From Podarcis vaucheri (lineage: Eukaryota), in assembly GCA_965113315.1 (NCBI GenBank), contig OZ220368.1: a stretch of 64,000 nt of DNA; one strand, 5' to 3'. Shown here piece after piece: positions 50,831-61,070 of the stretch. Each line of letters begins with the position of its first letter. Position 1 is the stretch's first letter. The position numbers and the translations under genes were made by a program. Below the pieces are notes generated by a model that did no database searches, was not told the origin of the DNA, and saw only the letters and a program-made list of their open reading frames with translations.

Positions 50831-52170
50831 ACAGTCTGGTTTCTGGTCAGTTTTGGCACTGAAACAGCCTTGGTCACCGTGATGACCTTTATCAGGAGAG
50901 AGAGAGGGAGTGAAAATCTGTTGGTAGTCCTTTACTTCTCAGTGGCTTTTGACACCATTGGCCATGGTGTCCTGCTGGAGAAACTTGAGGTGGAAGTTTG
51001 AGGCACTGAATTACGCTGGTCCCACTCTTGCCTGCAGGGTCACTACCAGAGAGTAGCATTCGGATATTGTTGCTCAGCCCCGTAGCTTTTGAACTGTGAG
51101 GACTTGCAAGGATCCATTCTGCCTCCTATGCTATTTAACATCTAAATTAAACTGCTGAGAGCTGTCGTCTGCAGATTCTGAGTACGGTATCTTTAGTATG
51201 GTGATGACACACAGCTCCATTTCTCAATTCTACTGGAATCAGGAGACACCGTGAATGTGTTATACAGGTGTCTGGAGACAGTTGTGGACTGGATGGAGGC
51301 CAATAAACTGAGCCTGAATCTTGTTAAGACAGAAGTGTCATGAGTAGGTGATGCCTGAGTCCAGAAGTTAGGTGTAGGACCTGTTCTAGGAGAAGTTGCA
51401 CTCCTGTTGAAGAAACAAGTTTGTAGTCTGGGAGTACACCTGGATTCTAACTTGTCACTAGAGTCTTGTTTGGCTTCTGTGGTTATGAATGCTCATGCCC
51501 AGCTTTGTTGTGATTTGTTAACTACAACTGTTTCTAAACCAGGATAGCTTGGTCTCAGTTTTCCATGCTCTGGTGACCTCCCATCTGGACTATTGTAATG
51601 TACTGTATATGGGGTTGCCCTTGAAGATTTATAAAAGGTGCAGTTAGCACAGAATGTGGCTGCTAGGTTGTAAAAAGCGGTAGTCCAGTGGGACCAAGTG
51701 TCACCAGTCCTGAAAGTGTCACTAGCTGCCAGTGAGCTGCTGGGTCCAAGTAACAGAGTTAGTGCTTATGTTGTATCAAGGCCTAAGCAGGTTAGAAGCC
51801 AAGTATCTAAAAAAGCATGTTCCCCTGTATCAGCCATGTAAGATACTATGATTTGGAAGGTGAGGCCTTGTGCTACTACTTGTTCCTGTCTGGTTGGCAC
51901 TGGCCTGTGATAAAGCCTTTTCTGTTCTAGCCCCCCATGGCGACTGAGGTGCATTTGCCTTCATTATTACTGACTTTCAGGAGGAAGTTTAAAACATTCC
52001 TGTTTCCCCAGATATTTGGTGGCTGAAAATATCTGTTCCTGGCAACCCCGAGATCATTGTTTGAATGTTTTGATTTTCATAACTTTTTAACTGATAAAAG
52101 TTGTTTTACTGTGATTTTTGCCATCCTGGGCTTCTTCAGGAAGAAGAGCTGGTAAATTGAATAAATAAAA
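50831..52170 (+). mobile_element. 5'-truncated L2-clade LINE (degenerate reverse transcriptase plus 3' end)
   Basis: Motifs QSGF..FGTETALV, FSVAFDTIGHG, QGSILPPMLFNI and YGDDTQL with frameshifts and stops; AATAAATAAAA tail. Confidence 0.9.
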
Positions 52171-52632
52171 TCAATCCAGAACACAAACACAGAAGGCACT
52201 AAGAGAGAACTTTAGAAAAAAAAGGAGATGTAAAAAAGTGAGAAAGTGATTACTTCTCCAGTTCTCACTTGATTTTCATGCCCTTCACCAAAGAAGAAAA
52301 GGCACAAGACTGACCACCACTACTCCTGCTGCTGTTCCCTATCTACTTGTGCCACTCTCAGCAGCCATCACAGCATTGTACTTTCTGTAACTGAGAACAC
52401 ACAGCAAGTCCCTCTAACTGTTGGCTGCAATCCTGCCCCAGCAGGCAAGGGTGAGAAGAAAACACAGTGAGGAATATAACAGCCAAATCCCCCTTGCTGT
52501 ATTTCCCTTTGCCAAGCAGAGACAAAGGGGCTTTTACTTTGCTGCCTTCACCCCTTTTTTTCCTGGGGAGGAGGACAGGTGGAGAGGTGAAAAGAGACAG
52601 CGTGGTAGTACTAGTAGTAGTAATTTTATTTA

Positions 52633-52796
52633 CTGCATTTTCCCGTCTATAAGACGGTCCCATGTATAAGACGCACCCTATTTTGGGGGGCTCAGATTTT
52701 AAAAAATGGGGAGAGATGTTTCCATGTATAAGACGCCCCCTAATTTTTGACATTATTTTTAGGGGGAAACCTAGTCTTAGACACGGAAAAATACGA
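52633..52796. mobile_element. Tc1/mariner (pogo-like) MITE nested in an L2 tail
   Basis: CTGCATTTTCCCGTCTATAAGAC ... GTCTTAGACACGGAAAAATACGA, flanked by TA. Confidence 0.8.
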
Positions 52797-54524
52797 TATA
52801 TACCGCCCATGTGACTGGGTTGCCCCAGCCACTCTGGGCGATTTCCAACAACATATTAAAACACATAGCTGAAAACACATAGTTGCAAGGGAGGGAAAGC
52901 CAGGAGACCTGAGCCATGGTGGACTACTGTACTCAAATACTTGTTTGCAAGTGAAGTGGCAGCAGAACTTTTTAATATATGTGTAAAATACAATAAGAAC
53001 ATTTCTGAAAACTATGTAACACCAAAAATTATGGCAGCTAGTTTTGCTAGTTTATTACTTTTGACAACACCAAAAGTAGTTACCTCATCCAAAGAGACAA
53101 ACTCCAGTTGTGAAACATATAATATGCACAATAGGGCCCATGCATAAACACTGAATGCATTTTATTATTTCTACATAACTATGCTGAGAAGGACAGCATA
53201 AACATGTTGCTTTAAGTACCGCAATGAAAAGCTAATTATATAGCGCAGATCATATTCTGTGCACTACTTCCAGAATATTTCATTAAACGGCCTTAACTTA
53301 CCAGACACCCTTACCAAGTAATACATGCCACATTGTGAAAAGCAAAGGGCTCTACAAGAGACATTGCCATGCTATGCCTTTATGGCCTAACTATTTCACC
53401 ATTCACACTAAAGCTTGTTGCACCTGGGAGTGAGCAGTCACAACTACAGAACTGTCTGCTTCTGGAGAGAACCCCATTATAAAGCAGAACATGGCATCTT
53501 GCAAGCAGCACCCCAGTCCAATTACACACACACAAAAAAAATATTTCAGTCATTTTAGCCTTATTGTTTATCACTTCTATCAAGAATTTTTAAGCCCTTT
53601 AAGCCCTTGCTCAAATCTTTAAAATTCTACAAATCTGTTGTTAAATGCTGCTAAATCAGCCTCAAATTTATCCAATGAGAGCACTGAACCACAGACAGAA
53701 CCAAGAATTAGATAAGCCAATTCATTTTGAAGGATTACTACAGCTTTAATGACTAGCTTATACTAAACTTCTCCTGAAAAGTCCACAGATGTATGGCTCA
53801 TTTGAATACACTTATGAACAGAAGAACACACGGTGTGTTTATGCAGCAAACTTAACCAACAGCTTTCCAAAAATAAATTTGCTCCGTACCCAACTGAATT
53901 GGACAAGACCACCTTGACAAACTATTCATAAAATTCACTACACCTTGCACCAAGCCTCCTGCTACCCTAAATCTTTAACTCAATTGTCTGGAATGGATCT
54001 ATCCATGTATCAAATTATTTTCATCACAGCAGATCCTGAGTTACACCAAAATTTGCACCTTAGAAACAATAACATCCAAGTGCACAGAAAAGATGGTTTT
54101 ACTTACTTACAGTGCTTTGCTTTTGTTATTTCAAATCTGCAAAGAATACACAGGAAAAATCTCCTGGACCTGTGTAATGGAGAACCAGAAGCACAAACTC
54201 ATTACTCCCCAGATAGACGCAGTAGGATAGCTTAAATATTACTTGCCTTCCGTCAATCCAAAACTTGTGTGCCAATTGATAGGCATTCTCCTCCTAAAGT
54301 CACATGTTGTAGGCTAAAGGTACAAAACCTAAGCCTTTACTGAAGAGACCTGTAATCTACTAGACTAACTTTTATAAGGAAGGGAATAACTCTACCCAGT
54401 GATACTGCACACTCTTTTGCACATATAATGTTCCAAATTCAATGTATGGTATCTCCACGTAGGACTGGGAAAGACTCTTTTACTGATTTTTCTTTTTCTT
54501 TATGTCTATTTTACAATTTTAATA

Positions 54525-54805
54525 CAGTGGTGCCCCGCAAGACGAATGCCTCGCAAGACGAAAAACTCGCTAGACGAAAGAGTTTTCCGTTTTTTGAGTC
54601 GTTCCACAAGACGAATTTCCCTATGGGCTTGCTTCGCAAGACAAAACGTCTTGCGAGTTCTTGTGAGTTTGTTTCCTTTTTCTTAAAGCCGCTAAGCCGT
54701 TAATAGCCGCTAAGCCGTTAATAGCCACTAAGCCACTAATAGACGTGCTTCGCAAGACGAAGAGACTCGTGGAACGGATTAATTTCGTTTTGCGAGGCAC
54801 CACTG
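54525..54805. mobile_element. Tc1/mariner MITE, same family as 45360-45739, in inverted orientation
   Basis: TIR CAGTGGTGCCCCGCAAGACGAA / TTCGTTTTGCGAGGCACCACTG; TA TSD; shorter GCCGCTAA array. Confidence 0.93.
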
Positions 54806-55291
54806 TATTGATAAGGTTTAATCGAGTTTCATCACTTTTCATATGCTGCTTGTCTATCCCAGGACAAACTGTGATTTGTTTTAAGTATGGTTTGTGCAAA
54901 AAAAGCCAACTTCAAATTGTGGCTTATGATCCTGAGATTACTCAGAGTATAGTTAAAACCAATCACTGTTAGCCTTGTTTCAGACATGACAAAAAAAACT
55001 GTGGTGTAGTGGATGCTTCTAATGTTCTCCTTGTGAAAATGCCAAATGCCTTAGAGATTTTTATTTTTAGGTGACTAATTAATTAATTAATGTTCTCACA
55101 TAATGGTTCACACAAAACAGACATCATCATAGTTCTAGTTACAGGTAGGTAGCCATGTTGGTCTACCATAGTCAAAACAAAATAAAAAAAATGCCTTCCA
55201 GTAGCACCTTAGAGACCAACTAAGTTTGTTATTGGTATGAGCTTTCGTGTGCATGCACACTTCTTCGACAGCATCATAGTTGAAGAGGCAG

Positions 55292-55292
<1 letters not shown>

Positions 55293-55350
<58 letters not shown>
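55293..55350. repeat. (CT)n(CA)n compound microsatellite
   Basis: Direct read. Confidence 0.96.
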
Positions 55351-55353
<3 letters not shown>

Positions 55354-55684
55354 TCCAAAACTTTCACTTCATGGCAGGCCAGTTGCAAGAGTTATGAACA
55401 AACAGCTACACTTGCAGGTATGTTAGCGCTACCACCTTTTTCCTGATAGAGGCTCTGTCCCATTAATAGAATAAAAACTCAAAAACTGTGGCTTTCCCTG
55501 TCTCCATGCCAGAACAAATGATGACTTGAATTTATGCCTATTATATCAGTTGATGATACAAATATTCTTGTTTGGAAAAGAAAAAAGGCAACCGTCTATA
55601 GAAGGATCTATATTTTAGTAAACACACTACTGCTTTCACTTTAATGACTCACTAAAGGCAGCCCTCCTCTACATTTGTCTATGT

Positions 55685-55821
55685 CAAGCATAGGCAAACT
55701 CAGCCCTCCAGATGTTTTTTGGGACTACAACTCCCATCATCCCTGACCACTGGTCCTGTTAGCTAGGGATGATGGGAGTTGTAGTCCCCAAACATCTGGA
55801 GGGCCGAGTTTCCTATGCCTG
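55685..55821. mobile_element. hAT-type palindromic MITE
   Basis: TIR CAAGCATAGGCAAACTC / GAGTTTCCTATGCCTG; perfect 8-bp TSD GTCTATGT. Confidence 0.92.
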
Positions 55822-56475
55822 GTCTATGTACTTATTTGCAGGGACAAATGCTCCCCCCCCCATATATACATAAACTGGAACAGTGCCTGTATTGAAACAT
55901 AACACTAACTCATCATATACTACTACATAAGCAAGCAGGGCTGTGCCCACGTCCTTCTCCCTTCCCATCTAGGGCAGCTACTTGGAGATCAGAAGCATTC
56001 GCCTTAGTTTTCAACTAACTGGAACAAACAGATTAAGCATTTTAAGCATTCCCCCCCCCCAAAAAAAGCCAACTTCAAACTATGGTTTATGACCCTGGGC
56101 TGCACAGACAAAACACAGTTAAAGGTAAATTTCCATTTACTCAAAGGCATAACAGAAGACAAGGAGGGAGAGGAACAACTCATGAACATAACACTAAACT
56201 TTGGTTTAACCTTTTATCTAACTGCAATTTTCTCAGGATCCAAGACTAGCACATTAAAGTATGCTATTTATTCACTTAGGTTATTTGTACACTGCCCATC
56301 AAAAAAGTTAAATCCAGGCTTGATAGTCTTGTAATACTGACCACATTGATTGAGATCTGAAAACTAACCACAGAAATATCAGCTTTCATTTTTTTGAAAT
56401 TTCAAGCCTATATGGTCACAGAAAATGAACGTGTTAGATTTTTAAAAAGTTAAAATACATATAAGATCATCCTAT

Positions 56476-56660
56476 TAGGTGGTGCAGTATGGCAGTTGAG
56501 TCCCCAGTTTAAATGTCCTCTCTGCCATGAATTCACTAATGTCCTTCAGCAAGCTACTGTCTTGTAACCTCAGATCCCTTCTGCAGTATGGCTACAATAC
56601 TGATTAACTTACAAGGGTGTTGTTGGAAGGATATCAAGAGTGTTCAAAGTAGTACAAAAA
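56476..56660 (+). mobile_element. Ancient MIR/CORE-like SINE remnant
   Basis: GGTGCAGTATGG...AGTTTAAATGTCCTCTCTGCCATGAATTCACT...CAAGCTACT...ACTTACAAGGGTGTTGTTGGAAGGAT. Confidence 0.5.
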
Positions 56661-56966
56661 CATTAAAAGTGCTATATTAATAATGAGTATTAGAACAATT
56701 TCCATATCTAATATATGCTACATTTATTTATTAAAAATTATACCATAGTCCATTTTGGCTCATTATTCTGGATAACTACGAAAATCTTAGATCAAGTTAA
56801 GAAAGCAGATTACTGAACAAGTAAATCATTTTATAAGCTGACAATAATGATTAGTTACTTCTCTGAAATAATTAACAAAATTGAAGTTGGAAAACACAAT
56901 GGGATTGTGACCAGGCCTATTTAAAGTATATGCAGTTCATAGACACTGCTGGTAAAGACAGATTTA

Positions 56967-57146
56967 CCGTATTCACTCGAGTCTAATGCATCATTGAATC
57001 TAATGTGCACCTCAATTTTCAGAACCTTGAAACCAAAAAAGGTATTTGCAGGCAAATGTAAATGTGTCATTGAATCTAATGCACAACTTAATTTTCGCAA
57101 TGTAATTTGGCAAAAAAAGGTGAGCATTAGATTCGAGTAAATACGG
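56967..57146. mobile_element. Tc1/mariner (pogo-like) MITE
   Basis: CCGTATTCACTCGAGTCTAATGC ... GCATTAGATTCGAGTAAATACGG; TA at left, right TA mutated. Confidence 0.82.
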
Positions 57147-57705
57147 AAGATATGACAACTAAACACTACTAAGCATTTTCTTGTGAAAAAGAGTGCATGA
57201 AAGCTACATGTATACCGTCATATGTGATATTCATGTGTTAGAAAGCAACAACAGTTTCTAAGCACATATAGGCTGCCAAAAAAGAAGCATACACAATTGC
57301 CACCTGTGACCTATATAACAGTTACCAACATTTTCTTATTGAGTATGTTTCAATGTAAGAAAGGCATCAACACTTAGAGACCCCCAATCAAATAGGTCCC
57401 AATGAAACAAAAGCCACAAAAGACAATAAAATACCTGCTGCTTCATACCCACCCACTTTATGGAAATATATACTGGGCAAGTCTCCTTTAACATCCACTT
57501 AACTTGCGTCTCCAAAAGCTGTAAAGCCAAACGTAACTACTGCACCATGCCCATATATTACATATTTGTATTACATAGTTCAGAGACTCTGGATTCAGAA
57601 AGACAGTGATTCAGTCCACACACACCCCTCCAATTTTAGTTTCCCCCATACTTTTTATCTTGAGCTGATGAGCAATGGCCCTATTTTCATTCTCACAGTC
57701 CCCAG

Positions 57706-58310
57706 TGTGGCTTGCCCCAGCGTGTGAATATTGAAAATAATGGTGGGTGTTATTATGAGTTTATGGGTGCCAGACTCCTATAATCCATGGATCCAGAAAG
57801 TGTTAGAATTTAATCAACTCTTGGTGTGTTAAACTGAGGGCCGGAAACATCCAACCCCTAGATCCAGCAATTGTTAACAGCTAATTAAGCCAAGCTACCT
57901 TCTTGTGCTGAGGAGATCTCCTGGATGGGTTATTAAGAAAACAAAGGATCAAGGGGCTCCTTGGAGATGGCAAATGGGTGGGGGCACCCACCAGCAAAAT
58001 ATAAAGCCAGAGTTTAGAGTAGAGAGGTGAGGAAATCAGTGATATGATGGGGGAGAGAGTCAGAGAGCAATGTTTAATGCCTGCTTGAATCTAATACTGT
58101 GGTTATAGAGAAACAAGACCCTTTTGGGGTGTTCGATATTGTGAAACCTGTCCACTGTAGGCTCAGGTTGTATATATGTGTAAATAAACCATGTCACAAA
58201 GACACCGCAGTCTCCACTGTGCCTCATTTCCAAAAGGAAACACAAACATTGGGTGAGCACCTGCAACCCCTGGAATCTTGCACTGCTCAGAGATTGGGGT
58301 AGCAGACAAT
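57706..58310 (+). mobile_element. Old solo-LTR-like element
   Basis: TATAAA near 58000 and AATAAA near 58182; 3' block homologous to about 46083-46275. Confidence 0.6.
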
Positions 58311-59199
58311 GATATATTGAAAACAGGTTCAGAAGAAGAGGCACCTAGCATTACTAAAGAGAAGTGATATGAAGCAGAAAATTCTCCAAAACAGAAAAGT
58401 TTCCAACTCTTTATTTTTCTGCAGAACATTTAGTGTTTCAAAAGTTGATTAGTAATAACAAATGGATACCAAATACACTATTAGGCAAACTTGGCATTCA
58501 ATGCTTTTAGCTTTGTTTACTAAGTAAAACAAACATTCTACATTAGATCTCAGGCATTTAAAAGTTCTGATTTATGTTGCCATATGCAAATTCCCCTAAT
58601 TTCAATTCTTTTCCAGAAAACCTACATCACAGCTAGAGAGTGAAACTGAGAACTGCTGCAAAACCTAGAGTAACGGGAGGGAAATTTCCTAGAAGGAGAA
58701 TGCATTATTACAAATGATAAATCCAGCCAAGTTTGACAAACCTTTCATCACATGTCATAAATGTATTGCATAGAGTAGCACGAGTACTATCTTCAGTTAT
58801 TAATATTCTTACTTAACTGCTTTTAAAAGATTGGCTGGAGATCCTAATTTCTTTTCTGTACAACTGATTCAACATGTGCTCTCTCTACAGCTGACTGTCT
58901 AGAATTTAAGATACTGTACACATAACATTCTTCAGTTCATGGCCCTGATGCTGCGAACCCGCCGTCTCCCTGCTGTAAACCAACAAGTGCACCACAACAT
59001 CTGCACGGAAAAAGACCGTCTAGGGTAACTCCAGCATATCGGTTCTCGCTATTCAACAACACCAGCAACACATCACTCCCTAATCTCTATTTCCCTGGAC
59101 CGCAACCTTCTTCCTACAGCTCTATCCACCTTGCCCTTGCTTGCTTTCTGCCCCCCTTCCCCGCAGCCTCTTATGAGAACCGGGCTTCTGGTCTTCACC

Positions 59200-60460
59200 C
59201 TCCACACCTCACACTGGCGACTCGAGCCAGAGCTGTCGCAGCGTAGTAACGGGGCGCCTAGCAACCTGGCCCGACCCCTCCGGCCGGGTCCACCCCAGGC
59301 AGCGGGGCATCCTCCCCAGCTGGACCTCCGCCCATGCCCCGAGCCTCCCCACTCACCCTGCTGGATGTCCCCGTTGGCGCCGCCGGGCACGGGCACGTTC
59401 AGCTGGCGCTCGGGCTCCGGCAGGCAGCGCCGGCAGAAGGAGTGCAGGCAGGGCAGCAGCTTCGGCTCGGCCTCCCGGCTCTGCAGGCTCTGCGCGCACA
59501 CTGCGCAGGTGTCCAGCAGCGACAGCGGGCCCGGCGCGGCGCTGGAGAGGGCGGGGGGCGCGGGGCTGGGGCCCAGCGGAGCCAGCGGCACGGGGCCCGG
59601 CGCCGGGCCTACGCTCACCAACACAGGCGCCGCGGCCTCCGCCTCCCCGGGGCCCTTGTCTGCCGCCACCGCCGCCACAGCCAGGACCACCGCGCCGGGA
59701 CTCTCCCTCTCCTCGGGCGCGGCGGGGGCTGGAGGGGACGGGGGCGCAACGGCCGCCGCGGCTGAGGTGACAACGGCCGCCGCGGCGGAGGTGACAGACT
59801 CGGTACCACCCCCGGCCTGCCCGGCCTCCCCAGCCCCCTCCCCGCCACCGCCGCCTCCTCCTCCTTTGTTTTCCGCCATATTTCCTCCTTTGAACCCGAC
59901 TCCCCGCTTTGCTCACGCACAGGACCGCGCATGCGCCCGCAAGCACGCTAGCGGCCTGCGCGCGCACGCCCGACACACATCTGGCGCGAGGTCCGCGGAG
60001 AGACGCCGCGTCCAGTGGGGAGGGGGCGGTGCTGGGCGTGTGCGTGCGCGCGCTTGGACAGTAGTAGCGGACGAGGAAGGCGGTGGGAGAGGCCCGAGGT
60101 TGAGAGGCCGGCGAAAGGGGGTCAGTTTTTTTTCGTCCCTCACTGTATGGTGTTTAAAGGAAATAGCTCGGACGTAAAGGAGAGCGCGAGCGCGCACGCT
60201 CAGGTCTGTAATAGAAGCGGCGCACGCGCAGACAGAGATTCACGTTCTAAGCGTGGGTGTCTGGAGAGCGGTTGGCGGTTGGTGTGTGGAGGGAAACGGG
60301 GCTCGTGCCGGGGGCCGAGAAACGGTGCGGCGGGAGAGGAGTCGAGGCAGGGCGGAGAGCGGCCTCTCACACTTGCCGGCTTCTCATCCGCGGTGTCTCT
60401 CGCTGAAAGAATTGGGGCTCCTGAGTGGGAAGATAGGAAACATAACGCGGGGCGGTTCTT
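59200..60460. promoter_or_regulatory. CpG island / TRIM33 promoter
   Basis: Very high GC and CpG density spanning exon 1 and about 580 bp upstream. NRF1-type GCGCATGCGC at 59927-59936, YY1-type CCGCCATATT at 59873-59882 over the ATG, and GC-box-like motifs. Confidence 0.9.
59357..59879 (-). CDS. TRIM33: TRIM33 exon 1 (start codon; Gly/Ala/Pro-rich N-terminus and first part of RING finger)
   Basis: ATG at 59879 gives MAENKGGG...[39 protein letters not shown]...GDIQQ. Donor G|GTGAGT; 523 nt, ends in phase 1. Confidence 0.97.
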
Positions 60461-60731
60461 CTAGTCCATTATGTGCGCCTCACAGAGGGTAATATTTGAA
60501 TCTCCTCAGTTTGCACTGGGTTGGTTTGATTCTGTGCTTGGCTTGCCGCGTTTCGAAATGATTTACAGTGTAGTCCAAACCTTGCCTACTCAGAAGTAGG
60601 CCCAGTTGAGTTCAGTGGGGCTTACTCCCAGGTAAGTAGGGCTACCGTTACACCCATTTGTGTGTGGCTATTTTAATTAGATGTATTTTATTGTGCCATG
60701 TGAGTTGCGTTGACCTAAACGTATTTGAACG

Positions 60732-61070
60732 AGGTAAAGGTAAAGGGACCCCTGACCATTAGGTCCAGTCATGGCCGACTCGAGTTGCGGCGCTCATCTC
60801 ACTTTACTGGCCGAGGGAGCCAGTACAGCTTCCGGGTCATGTGGCCAGCATGACTAAGCCGCTTCTGCTGAACCAGAGCAGCGCACAGAAACGCCGTTTA
60901 CCTTCCCCCTATTTATCTACTTGCACTTTGACATGCTTTCGAACTGCTAGGTTGGCAGGAGCTGGGACCGAGCAACGGGAGCTCACCCCGTCGTGGGGAT
61001 TTGAACCACTGACCTTCTGATCGGCGAGTCCTAGGCTCTGTGGTTTAACCCACAGCGCCACCCGCATCCC
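60732..61070 (-). mobile_element. Sauria SINE (different subfamily from 35075)
   Basis: Head GGGATGCGGGTGGCGCTGTGG, (ACCTTT)n tail. Degenerate TSD TTTGAACGAGGTAA/TTTGAATGAAGTAA. Confidence 0.93.

Noticed and set aside
59073-59356. Read-through extension of the exon 1 ORF (268 aa)
   Set aside because: Sequence after the strong G|GTGAGT donor is intronic; TRIM33 homology resumes in exon 2.
59131-60177. 348-aa plus-strand ORF and other long ORFs over exon 1
   Set aside because: Antisense or alternate-frame shadows of a GC-rich exon in a CpG island where stops are rare; non-ATG start, low-complexity product, no recognisable domain.
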